The notes beneath the pieces are model-generated. The model was not told the DNA's origin. It saw nothing but the letters and a program-made list of their open reading frames with translations, and searched no databases. From the IMG/VR virus record IMGVR_UViG_3300036770_006330: a stretch of 64,000 bases of DNA. The stretch is one strand, 5' to 3'. Within the stretch, counting starts at the first letter, position 1. The number at the start of each line of letters is the position of its first letter. This document shows positions 33,742-43,500 of this stretch, piece by piece. The DNA comes from a virus. Position numbers and translations under genes: made by a program.

Positions 33742-34320
33742 TTACATACGCCAGTTGGAGAGACCACCGGCGGACTCGTTCATAATGAAGCGAGCCATTT
33801 TGAGGTTGCAGTCAAGAGTTTTTAGACCCTGCATATGATTTCGCACAGCCCATTTACCGCATACCTCAATAATTCGTGAGCGCCAGCTGGAATTGATTTG
33901 GACCAAGCCAGTGTCGTACGAACCGTCCTTGTTGAGAGCGTAGGTCATATTGCCGTTTTCATCCCATCGGGCGTTCTGGGCTTCTGGGTTGCAGCGGCTC
34001 TCGCGATAGGCAATGTACGACCATGTCTCAATTGGATACAGGCCATATTGGACAAAATCGTCCTCAAACTCAGGGCATCGCTGCTCTGGGTCCTTGGGAA
34101 CCTGCTTGCGGCGGCCAGGATGGTCGGTTCGAACTGGCGGGTATTTCACGTCAAAAGCCAATTCATTGACGCCCTCAGTTGGGTTAACCACCCTGACCCG
34201 AGGGGCCGCAGCGATGGTCGTTTCGCTAGGTTTGGTATTGCTCACAGTCGCCGGACCGGGGATTGCGATTCCGATAAAAAACAAGAGTATGGAAATTGCA
34301 TAACCCTGTAATGTGTTCAA
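33742..34320 (-). CDS. secreted lytic transglycosylase (SLT/lysozyme-like)
   Basis: signal/TM; IAYRESRCNP, D.GLVQIN, NL..A...W. Confidence 0.8.
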   Translation of the reverse strand: MNTLQGYAISILLFFIGIAIPGPATVSNTKPSETTIAAAPRVRVVNPTEGVNELAFDVKYPPVRTDHPGRRKQVPKDPEQRCPEFEDDFVQYGLYPIETWSYIAYRESRCNPEAQNARWDENGNMTYALNKDGSYDTGLVQINSSWRSRIIEVCGKWAVRNHMQGLKTLDCNLKMARFIMNESAGGLSNWRM

Positions 34321-34519
34321 TGTTTTTCCTTTGTTCGTTGGATAAAACGCGACAAGAGGTGGGCTTGTCGATGGTTAGCTAGTAGCTATCTCCATTCATA
34401 AATTATACCCCCCTTTACGCCCAAAATCCCCCCTAAAGTGACGTTTATTACAATTTGGTTACACACAAAACCCTTATGTTTATTGGGTTTTATGGGAATG
34501 TTTAAAAAAATTGCCCCAA

Positions 34520-34549
34520 AAACGCCAAAACCCACCCTTTCGGGTGGGT
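34520..34549 (-). terminator. intrinsic terminator of ssb
   Basis: ACCCACCC-TTTC-GGGTGGGT, A-runs on +; same hairpin as at 4606. Confidence 0.75.
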
Positions 34550-34574
34550 CTGACGCTCTGTCGGAAGAGACTCG

Positions 34575-35051
34575 TTAGAAGGGCTCTTCTTCTGTCTCCT
34601 GCTGTGCAGGGCGAGTCGGAAGCTTCGGACGCGCAACCGCCGCTGGGCGAGTCGCTGTCTTTGTCTGAGTGGTGGCAACTGCTGTTTCACCATTGCCGCC
34701 CTTGCGACGCTGGAAGCTCTCGACCGAAATCAAGCCGAGACCGATGTTGTCGGCAACGAGGACGAAGTTGTTGCGCTTCTCGTTGGTTTCCTTGTCGGTC
34801 CACTGACGCTGCTCGAGGCGGCCGGAGACGACTACGCGAACGCCTTTGGACAGAACGCGGGAAACATCTTCAGCCAGAAAGCGCCAAGCTTCTACTTTGA
34901 AGTAGCTGGTCTGCTCCTTCTTCTCTCCGTTGTCGTCGGTCCAGGTGCGGTTTGAGGCAACAGAGAATGAAGCCTTTGCCGTCCCCGAATCGAAGTAACG
35001 AATCTCGGGGTCATCGGTGAGATTCCCCGTGATAGTGATTTGTGATGACAT
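34575..35051 (-). CDS. ssb: single-stranded DNA-binding protein
   Basis: ITGNLT.DPE.R...F.VA...W..LAE.V...L.KG.RV.V.GRLEQR; acidic EEEPF tail. Confidence 0.93.
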   Translation of the reverse strand: MSSQITITGNLTDDPEIRYFDSGTAKASFSVASNRTWTDDNGEKKEQTSYFKVEAWRFLAEDVSRVLSKGVRVVVSGRLEQRQWTDKETNEKRNNFVLVADNIGLGLISVESFQRRKGGNGETAVATTQTKTATRPAAVARPKLPTRPAQQETEEEPF

Positions 35052-35128
35052 GTATTTCTCCTAACTCGTGGTTTTTGTGCCCGTGGGCCTAACGCATTCC
35101 ACTATAGGGCGGTGATAGAGTAAATGCA

Positions 35129-35356
35129 ATGAGCACAGACAAAATTGAGGCAAGGTACCGTGTCTTCCGTCACATCCAGGAAAACCTTATGGATATGGTC
35201 GATGACGGCAAGGTAGAGGGCAAAGAACTGGTTGAGCTGCAGGAATCAATGGGGGAAATCGTCAACTTGGTGCTTGACTGCCTCGGTTTTGAGATTGAGA
35301 GCGTTGAGAGCGAATCCTCAATGAAGGCAATTATCAACCTTCAAGACGTGAGCTGA
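35129..35356 (+). CDS. hypothetical protein
   Basis: ORF; leaderless-like TAGAGT. Confidence 0.6.
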   Translation: MSTDKIEARYRVFRHIQENLMDMVDDGKVEGKELVELQESMGEIVNLVLDCLGFEIESVESESSMKAIINLQDVS

Positions 35357-35673
35357 GTAGCTGCCCAAGCCGCGAAAAAATCATCTGTTGCCGGGATGAA
35401 CCAAACCTGACTTCCGTCTAGGCCCATAGCCGGGTCGCCAACGAAAGCCCAAGCGATTCGGATTGTTGGAGCTGGGTCACATACACCGACATTGCACTCA
35501 AGACCAAAGCGCTGAATAAACCATTGCACGGCACAACCATCTTTGGTTAGTTTGCAAGGCCCATCATCTCCGTGGGGGCACTTTATTCCGGTTATAGCAA
35601 GTTCGCTTTTTTCTATTCGCAAACCTATTTCGTGACCGTCGTTATGCCAAATCAGTTCTGTTTCTGTCGTCAT
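35341..35673 (-). CDS. hypothetical protein
   Basis: GGAG SD. Confidence 0.65.
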   Translation of the reverse strand: MTTETELIWHNDGHEIGLRIEKSELAITGIKCPHGDDGPCKLTKDGCAVQWFIQRFGLECNVGVCDPAPTIRIAWAFVGDPAMGLDGSQVWFIPATDDFFAAWAATQLTS

Positions 35674-35743
35674 TCTGACTCCATCGGATAAATTTAGAAA
35701 TTTAGGTTTATCCCTTTACAAGCAGGTGTTACTCAATTTTATA

Positions 35744-36145
35744 TCACTTAGTCTTGAACTCGGCCCAGGTCTTATCGCCAACTCCGTAGTACTCTCTGGC
35801 GTAGCCAGACTCGATAATGTCCTTATTAAGGCAAGCGGTAGACGGATTTTCGACATCATCAGATGAGTAAATTCGCGCCAGGATGCGCCCGTACTTATCA
35901 TTCTTGTCAGGGATGGTATTTATAAAAACCCACTTATGGCGAGTTAGCCAGTCTGTGGTGAACACTTTGGCTTTCAGCCCTAGTTCTTTTTCCGCAGCGT
36001 CCTTTGTCCGCGATTCTGGAGTATTAACTCCATACAGCCTTACCCGAATTTTATGGTGAATATCAAAACCGAGGTCAATCATTAAGTCAATAGTGTCGCC
36101 ATCAATGACCTTGAGAACCGTGGCTCCATACCAAAACCGTTCCAT
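35744..36145 (-). CDS. thermonuclease (SNase-like)
   Basis: KVIDGDTID..IDLGF....RVRLYGVNTPE...DKYGRILA. Confidence 0.9.
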   Translation of the reverse strand: MERFWYGATVLKVIDGDTIDLMIDLGFDIHHKIRVRLYGVNTPESRTKDAAEKELGLKAKVFTTDWLTRHKWVFINTIPDKNDKYGRILARIYSSDDVENPSTACLNKDIIESGYAREYYGVGDKTWAEFKTK

Positions 36146-36534
36146 AAATACTTACTCCCACATATCTTTGTTGGGCAGGGTCATTTGTCCCCTGACTTTG
36201 ATGAATAATTTTATGCCAGATACAACGATAAGCGGAAGAAGCGCAAAGAAAGCTGTCAATACTTTTATGTCTGTTTTCCGAATCATGTGATTTAAAACTC
36301 CGTTAACAGTATTCCATCAATATCGACTGACCCATGTGTAATAATCTCCGGATGCTTTTAGCGCTAATTTCACTGATTCTCTATGCCTGCATGTATGTAG
36401 CTGTAGGCAGAGCCGTCGATTCATACGACGGATACGGCAAGAGGGATTAGGCCTCAATCACCCACCATCCATCTGGATGAAGGGGACGACTCAACATATC
36501 CTTAGCTGTTCTGGCTGTGGACAATAATGGTCGT

Positions 36535-37311
36535 ATGAATAAGCCAATGATACCAAAAGTGATTTGGCAGACCCACGAATACGAAAAAGAAAATCTTCCT
36601 CTTTACATGCAAGCAGCAATCGGTACATGGACTGAGCAGAACCCAGATTTTGTTCATCGCTACATCTCTGGCTCCGAAAGAAGACAATTTATTGCAGAAG
36701 GATTTGGGGAACAGGCTGCACAAATTTACGACAGAGGCGAGAACAATGTAGTTAAAGCAGATATTTGGAGACTATTTGTTATGTATAAACACGGGGGGAT
36801 TTACGCCGATATTGATACTTATTGCATGGCTCCCATCGAGACATTCATGCAGCTCGATGGTTCGACGTTTATTTGTGAGCAGTTATTTTTTATAGAAAAC
36901 AAAATCAACACAAACAACTCTGTATTCGCAACCGTCCCAAACGGCGCCGAAATTGATTTCATCTTGAATACATTTATTGAATGGGCGAACAAGCTCGCAG
37001 TTAACAACAAGCTCATTACCGTTGAAGACTCCGGCCCTCGTTTATACAACGAGGCCCTCACATTAATGAGTAAATCCGGACTGCCGTCGACCTTTAAAAT
37101 GCGACGCAGGGGCTTCCCATCACTGAGCAACCAAAATGTCATTTGGTCATATTCCCCAGAGACATCCAATGTTCTGACGCCGTTTGGTTCAACTGGTTGG
37201 AATGACATCAGCCACAGGACATTAACGAAGGATGTGTTAGACGTTTTGCAGCAAGTCTTAGATAACGGAATAGATATAAAAATTTCTAAAAGATTGTCAC
37301 ATCACCTGTAA
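36535..37311 (+). CDS. glycosyltransferase, GT32/OCH1-like (DXD)
   Basis: IPKVIWQT, KADIWR...GGIYADID, GP. Confidence 0.88.
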   Translation: MNKPMIPKVIWQTHEYEKENLPLYMQAAIGTWTEQNPDFVHRYISGSERRQFIAEGFGEQAAQIYDRGENNVVKADIWRLFVMYKHGGIYADIDTYCMAPIETFMQLDGSTFICEQLFFIENKINTNNSVFATVPNGAEIDFILNTFIEWANKLAVNNKLITVEDSGPRLYNEALTLMSKSGLPSTFKMRRRGFPSLSNQNVIWSYSPETSNVLTPFGSTGWNDISHRTLTKDVLDVLQQVLDNGIDIKISKRLSHHL

Positions 37312-37649
37312 TGGCATACGAACTAATCGGCATCGAACCAAAATCATCACTCGGTGTTTGTGTGCGATTCAATATAGTCAAGTGGGTTCATATCTCATTT
37401 GTGTTACGGGAAATAAACGCAATAAGCGACTTCCGGAGATTGATAATTCCCGACGGAAACATGTTCGATTCGCAAGTAGCAGAGGCCTTACTCCAGAAGT
37501 TACAAACAATCGGCGGCAGGGAGTTGGGTGAAATAATCGATAAGACCGCACCGATATCTACAAGCGATAAAGGTGTCGTCGCCACGTATGAAGACATATA
37601 CATACTTAAATTATTTCTGGGAAAAAGCAACGGCTTTTATGTGACTTAG
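37311..37649 (+). CDS. hypothetical protein
   Basis: TAATG coupling. Confidence 0.6.
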   Translation: MAYELIGIEPKSSLGVCVRFNIVKWVHISFVLREINAISDFRRLIIPDGNMFDSQVAEALLQKLQTIGGRELGEIIDKTAPISTSDKGVVATYEDIYILKLFLGKSNGFYVT

Positions 37650-37650
37650 G

Positions 37651-37926
37651 CTAAAGCTCGTGTATCAACGAGTCTTTAATTACCCATAACTTGCAGATTG
37701 CCTCAGGAGCAATTTTCCCAGAGACAATTTCGCAACCTTGGCCGCCAAGGTAAAACGAGCAGTTAGCACAAATCATGCCCTCCTTCACAAACGGATGCTT
37801 CTCCATGTAGTGGGCACCATCGGCTTTTACCCCTTGGTCCCATTTGCCATATTTTTCGGCAATGTCCTCAAATAGTTTGTACATCTCAACTTGGCGAGAT
37901 TTGAGCCCATCAATATTGTCACTCAT
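37651..37926 (-). CDS. HiPIP-like four-Cys protein
   Basis: CANCSFY.....CEIVSGKI.P.AICKLW. Confidence 0.65.
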   Translation of the reverse strand: MSDNIDGLKSRQVEMYKLFEDIAEKYGKWDQGVKADGAHYMEKHPFVKEGMICANCSFYLGGQGCEIVSGKIAPEAICKLWVIKDSLIHEL

Positions 37927-38075
37927 TTTCGGTTTCCTCGTTGGCAAGACTAGCTTCGTGTGCTGCCTGCTCAGCCAATCTTTGCTCAAGGAGTTCGAAA
38001 CGTTTTTTGCGACGCTCCGTTAGTGCGCCGGCGTCCCACGGGGGAACCCAAACCGGGCGATTACAGCACCCCATA

Positions 38076-38360
38076 TCATGACTCCGACGGTTCTGCAGCC
38101 TCTGGCTCTGGTGCTTCTTCCTTGTTTCTACCTGTAGAAATCATCAATCCCGCGAGTGTCCCAGTGATAAAAGTTGCAACGCTGGAAAGAACCCCAAAAA
38201 ACATTTTGTCGTTCTCGGCTTGTACACCTATTGGCTGAGTGACAAAGACAAGGGCATAGAGAACACCAACAGTAGTGATGGTGAGAACACCAGCCAAAAC
38301 GCATCCGACAACAAACTTGAGTCGAGCATCGATTTCGCTGGGGGTAAGTCTTTGCTTCAT
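38076..38360 (-). CDS. two-TM membrane protein (holin-like)
   Basis: two hydrophobic helices in the lysis cluster. Confidence 0.65.
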   Translation of the reverse strand: MKQRLTPSEIDARLKFVVGCVLAGVLTITTVGVLYALVFVTQPIGVQAENDKMFFGVLSSVATFITGTLAGLMISTGRNKEEAPEPEAAEPSES

Positions 38361-38608
38361 GGAATTGTTGTCTCCTCTGTTGTGCCTGTAGTGGGGGTGT
38401 CGTCGCTAATTGGAATATCTAGCGTTGTCTCTGTTGGGTCGAAGCCAATGAGGTTTTCCGTGCACATGCCGTCAACCAAACATGTTGGGGGATGACAATC
38501 AGAATCATTCCAGTTTGCTGGGTCTTGGCACTCGTATCGGTAATGCCCGTCATAGCCGCATCCCGCCAAAAATAGAGATAAAGCGGCCGCGAGAACTATT
38601 TTCTTCAC
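38357..38608 (-). CDS. lipoprotein
   Basis: lipobox LAGC. Confidence 0.75.
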   Translation of the reverse strand: MKKIVLAAALSLFLAGCGYDGHYRYECQDPANWNDSDCHPPTCLVDGMCTENLIGFDPTETTLDIPISDDTPTTGTTEETTIP

Positions 38609-38853
38609 GCGTCGTCGCCGCCATCAACCTTGGAAAACACCGCGTTGATTTCGGATTCGCTCAGGTCACCATCCTTGAGGTAAGCGCGCGACAAGCCTTC
38701 TACGACAGACGCGACACCGCCGATTCCTGCCATCCAAATTGACTTAACGAGTCCTACGCCAGCAATAGTTCCAGCGCCCACGACGCCAAGACCGGTAGCA
38801 AGAAAGGTGGCAACAATGCGGTATGCAATACTCTGAAGTATTTTCAAGTTCAT
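38605..38853 (-). CDS. membrane protein (holin-like)
   Basis: two TM segments. Confidence 0.65.
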   Translation of the reverse strand: MNLKILQSIAYRIVATFLATGLGVVGAGTIAGVGLVKSIWMAGIGGVASVVEGLSRAYLKDGDLSESEINAVFSKVDGGDDA

Positions 38854-39257
38854 GTTTTCTTTTTCCTCCGTACTGGAACCATGTCTCTTTCGCCGGACAT
38901 TGAAGAATTCATGTGGTCAGAAATGTGTTGGGCAAAATCCTCTTTTAGGGAGTTCAATTTCTCGTCTTGCCGGTCAACCTTCACCTCGATGACACTGAGG
39001 TCAAGGTCAATATGGTGGACGTCTGTGCTGAGACTAGCTACGTCACTCTTAAGATTGTCCAACTTTTGCTGGACGATTCCATGGTCGCGTTCTTGGGCCT
39101 TATCACCCCTACGAACAATCATCGCAAGGATGCCAAAAAGACCAGTAATCAGGGCAGCAAGAGCGCCGTCAGCCATAGCTATTTCCCGTCCTTCTTCATA
39201 CCGAGCATCCAGTTGCAAGAAGAGTAAAGTTGCAATCGCAACTATCTGAGCATTCAT
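38850..39257 (-). CDS. TM plus coiled-coil protein (start may be the internal MADGAL)
   Basis: TM then heptad repeats; typical of actinophage lysis cassettes. Confidence 0.6.
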   Translation of the reverse strand: MNAQIVAIATLLFLQLDARYEEGREIAMADGALAALITGLFGILAMIVRRGDKAQERDHGIVQQKLDNLKSDVASLSTDVHHIDLDLSVIEVKVDRQDEKLNSLKEDFAQHISDHMNSSMSGERDMVPVRRKKKT

Positions 39258-39337
39258 TTTCGCACTGACACATGGAGCAGTTGCATTCCGACTTTGCGTG
39301 CGGGTTGGTCAATCTGGCGTCTGCCGTTTCCATAATG

Positions 39338-39589
39338 TCACTTGTCCTCGCAAGAACAGGTTTCGCAATGCCCGTCCTTCTTCATGCCTTTGGCACCAAA
39401 GTATCCGCCGAGGATACCTATGACGCCACCAAGTGCTGTTTGGACAAGGGTCATCACTTCTGCTGAAACATCAACCGCTTCACCAGTTGATTGCGTTTCA
39501 ATTGCGGCAACCAAATAGTCACCAACAATTGCGGTGAGGATTGCCACCATCACCCCAATTGCGAGAATGAACATTGTCTTGTCTTTCAT
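39338..39589 (-). CDS. two-TM membrane protein (holin-like)
   Basis: ATGA overlap with endolysin; GGVIGILGGYFG. Confidence 0.65.
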   Translation of the reverse strand: MKDKTMFILAIGVMVAILTAIVGDYLVAAIETQSTGEAVDVSAEVMTLVQTALGGVIGILGGYFGAKGMKKDGHCETCSCEDK

Positions 39590-40425
39590 AAGCCAATCCC
39601 CAAATCATCAAGAACGCGTTTGCCAGCTTTGCCACCAGGGCCATAACCCTTTGACTCCTTGTAGGCAATCACGGCAGCTGTTGTTTTTGGGCCAAAATCG
39701 CCGTCAAACTTGCCCTTATAGAATCCTCTTTCGGCGAGCTCTTCTTGGAGCTTTGTTACGCGGGGACCGCTGTCGCCTGGGTCTAGGTCTCCGCCATCGT
39801 CTTTTCCCGCCGCTGGGGCAGAAGGGGCAGATGGTGCAGCAGGTACGGAAGCAGTATTCGCACCTGCTGCAGGCTTTTGTATATTGTTCTTCGCCATATA
39901 TTCAGCTACTGCCGCAGGAGGGTTGTCGCCTTCCGTATACCGCAAGTGCCATGGCTCCTCGGGAACGACTTCCCATGAAAAACCAAATTTACGAACGTTG
40001 GCAATTAGCCACTTGAGGCGCTTTGGTTCTCCGGCCGTGTGAACATCAACAGCCAACCCGGTGTTGTGCTGACTCGTACCTGGTGCCGCAAGGCTGGCAA
40101 ACTTCGGGTCCTTTTTGTACCACTTTTTGCCTTCAAATGTTCTTGTCGCGTTGCCGTTTGGAGTTGTTGTATATCGCTGCTTGAAAACGGTCAGCTGAGA
40201 CTCGTAGGTTCGGTATGTGTCGCCAGCCGAAACTGGCTTCAGCTCTACACCATCTGCCTTGGCTGCTTCGACCATTGCGGCCCATGCCGCCGCGCAAAGC
40301 CAGTGGAGCCTTCCACCGCCAACAGCAGGACGAAGAAGAGACTCTGGAAGCTTTCCTGGCTGAACACCCTTAAGGTCTGCAGGCTGCTTTACCGGTACGA
40401 CGATGTCCCATTCGACTTTGCTCAT
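39586..40425 (-). CDS. endolysin: M15 (VanY-like) peptidase plus peptidoglycan-binding domain
   Basis: YRTYESQ, PGTSQH..GLAVD, EPWH; C-terminal V..LQ..L...G...DG.FGP.T..AV. Confidence 0.88.
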   Translation of the reverse strand: MSKVEWDIVVPVKQPADLKGVQPGKLPESLLRPAVGGGRLHWLCAAAWAAMVEAAKADGVELKPVSAGDTYRTYESQLTVFKQRYTTTPNGNATRTFEGKKWYKKDPKFASLAAPGTSQHNTGLAVDVHTAGEPKRLKWLIANVRKFGFSWEVVPEEPWHLRYTEGDNPPAAVAEYMAKNNIQKPAAGANTASVPAAPSAPSAPAAGKDDGGDLDPGDSGPRVTKLQEELAERGFYKGKFDGDFGPKTTAAVIAYKESKGYGPGGKAGKRVLDDLGIGL

Positions 40426-40505
40426 CAGATACTCCTGTAACTAATAGGAAGTACTGATAGTTTACATCAAAAGTGCCTAACCTTTTATTAGGTACTATTT
40501 GTGAA

Positions 40506-43500
40506 TTAGTCGTTATCTGGCTCCAGCATATGCACATACATTGCCATTGCCGTAGCCACAGCAAATGCACCAACTGTCACCCACCTGAGGAACCCAGATA
40601 CGGTGAAGAAGAGAACTACTGCGCCGGCAATTGTAAAGCCCATATTGAAAATGCCAAGGCCGAACTTCTTGATAAACGCTTTCCAATCCACTGTTTTTTC
40701 TCCATTCACATATTTGTAAATACTTAATTGTTTGACCCAATCAACGCCGTCTCCGGCAATTTCACCCTGGGCCTCGGTTTCCTCGTCCTCTTTGCGCGCA
40801 GCAATATCGCTGCGAGGAGGGGACGGAGAACTTGCTGGAGATGGACTGCCCTGTGGTATCGCCGCAGCCGCAGCAGTTGCTGCAGCAACAACGCTTACAG
40901 CAACCACGGTTCGTCTTTCTCCAACTGAAATTGTTTGGTTGACCATTTCGTAATTATCAAAAGCGCCCTGGAACAAGTCGACAGTATTTTCGAAAACCTC
41001 TCGAATTGCTTCTGGTGCGTCTTGAACAGCTTCCACGATTGCTGCGGCAGCCGACTCATCAAGGTTTTCAGCATTAACCGATTCGAATATCTGCTCAGCC
41101 TGCTCTGAACTGATTGATTCAAGTACGGCTGGCGACGAAACGAGCTCTGTCGCCAGCTCTTCTGTCACTCCATTTTCAATTACGGCAGCCACGACAGCAG
41201 CAACCTTCTCTTTATCCTCTTCGGTTAGCGTTTCCGTATCGCCGATGATTGAGTCGAGAACAGCAGAAACAACTGCTACCGCTTCTTCTGGTGATATATC
41301 TGCGAGAACATCCGTCACCGCATCTAGAATTTCGAAAGCATTTGAAGATTCGTCAATATCCAGTGATGGTATTGTTGAATCTTGTGAAGCTGGCATTTCT
41401 TCTTCTTGTGGTAGTTCCTCTTCTGATGATTGCTCTGATTCTGCTTGTTCTGGCTCTTCTGTTTCGGGCTCATCAGCAGGAAGGGTCGGATTTGTTTCAG
41501 GCTCAGAAGGCTCCACCTCCGGTTCGGTCTGTTCGTCCCCAGGCAGGTCTGGAACGGTTGAGGAGGAATCTGGAACAGTAGTTTCCGGGATGGTGGTATC
41601 CGGAGTGGTTGTAGTTGTTGTTTCCGGAACAGTAGTTCCAGGCGTCGTGTCTGGAGTCGGTTCTGGAACTGGGGCAGTCGTAGTTTGAGTCGGAACAACA
41701 ACAGTTGTTGTCGTGCTGGGAACAGTTGTAGTAGTGGTAGTAGTGGTGGTAGTAGTAGTGGTAGTAGTAGCGGTAGTAGTAGTGGTAGTAGTAGTGGTAG
41801 TGGTGGGAATAACTATCGAGTCACTATCCACGACGTAGCCAGAACCGGAGTAGTTGTCCGTATTTGATGCTGACTGTCCAAACACGTTGTTTCTTGACGT
41901 GGACCAAGAGTTTGCACTTACGCCGTTAAAAGTCGTAGAGCCGTTATTAAACGAGTTGCCGAATGTTATTGCGGTGCTGTTGCCATCGAACGTGTTTCCC
42001 TCAACCAATTGATTATCTTCGCCAGGAGTCCATGTTGTTGGAATCCATGAGAAAAACATGATTGCGTTGCCGTTATCAGTAAACTGCGAGTTGTATACCT
42101 GTTGTCTATTGAGGCCACGTATATTTGCCCCTACAGTGTTATTCTCGAATGTGCTGCCATTAATGCGCACAAATCTTTCAACCCACAACCCATACTGGTT
42201 CCCTTCGAAAGTGGAGTTATTTATATATATCCTGTTGGTGTAGTCGGTGTCAGTTAGGCTTTTTGATGACGGGGTGCTTCCGTGGTCAGATGTAACACCG
42301 GCGACATTATTAATAAAATCGCAGTTAGTGAATGTAGTTACTCCGCCGTTGTGCTGATAAAAAGCCCATCCAGGTGAATCCGATATCCGAACATTGGTTA
42401 TCGTAAATGTTCCTTGGCTGTTGTAAATTGTGCCGCCGTTCCAAGAAACATTTTTCCCCTGTTTAAATGTCATGTCTTGAATTGTTATGGAGCGGGAGCC
42501 ACTGCTATAAATGGCGCGATACAGGTCGTTTCCGTCAATGATTGTAGTTGTCTTACCAGTTCCGGTAATTGATACTCCCTGGGTTATTACTGGAAGGTCT
42601 GATGTCAGCGAAACAGTTCCGCTGATATCAAATTCAATAGCGTCGTAAATCCCCCCGGACTGTGAATTCGCTTGGTTTATTGCCCAGCGGAAAGTTCCTT
42701 CAGAACCATCATCAAGGAGGCTCGTGACCTGAAGCGCAGTTGCTTGCGGAATCGTTGTAGTAGTGGACGTAGTTGTGGTTGTGGTGCTCGTTGTGGTTGT
42801 TGTCTCAACCGCTGGAGCGGTCTCGTTATTTGGCGCAACACCACCGAAACTTTCGCAGTTTGAGCCAGCAGGAACACACCTATCCGTATCTCCTGCGACA
42901 TTGTCAATCATTAACACCGGGGAGAGCGCCGTATCACCTAAGTTAAATACAGCAAAACCGAGCTTGTATGTTCCGCTAACGGAAACTTCGTATGTGGATG
43001 TTTGCCATCCAGTTGCACCAAACGAATTGACCGAGTAATCACCAGTGCCGGGGTTCGTAAATCCAAGGAGTGCGTATTTTTCCGTGTAGTTATTTACGGT
43101 TATTTCTGGCTCTGATTCGACAGTTACGGGAACCAATGAGGTGAGTGAACCGTCGTTGTACGGCACATAGTCAGTGCCGAGATAGTTCCAGGACATTGTG
43201 TAAGTAACTCCGGCATCAAGTTCAACGTCCTTGGTAATCCATGCAGCATCAGTCGGGTTGGGGCTGCCGTATCCAGAAGCCTGAGAATCTGCAGTAAGAA
43301 GGTTCTGGATGGCAGTTTGAGGGGCACCAGAGAGTCCAAGAGCAGTCATCGCCTGACTAAATGTTTGTTCGTTTTTGGGTTGAAGAAGCGCCGCATACGA
43401 ATCATTGTTCGGAGAGAATGTCCAGCTTCCAGCTGGTACAGCGGGGGCATAATACGGGTTCGGACTTCCATTGGAGAGCGTTGGACTGCCAACAGCTCCA

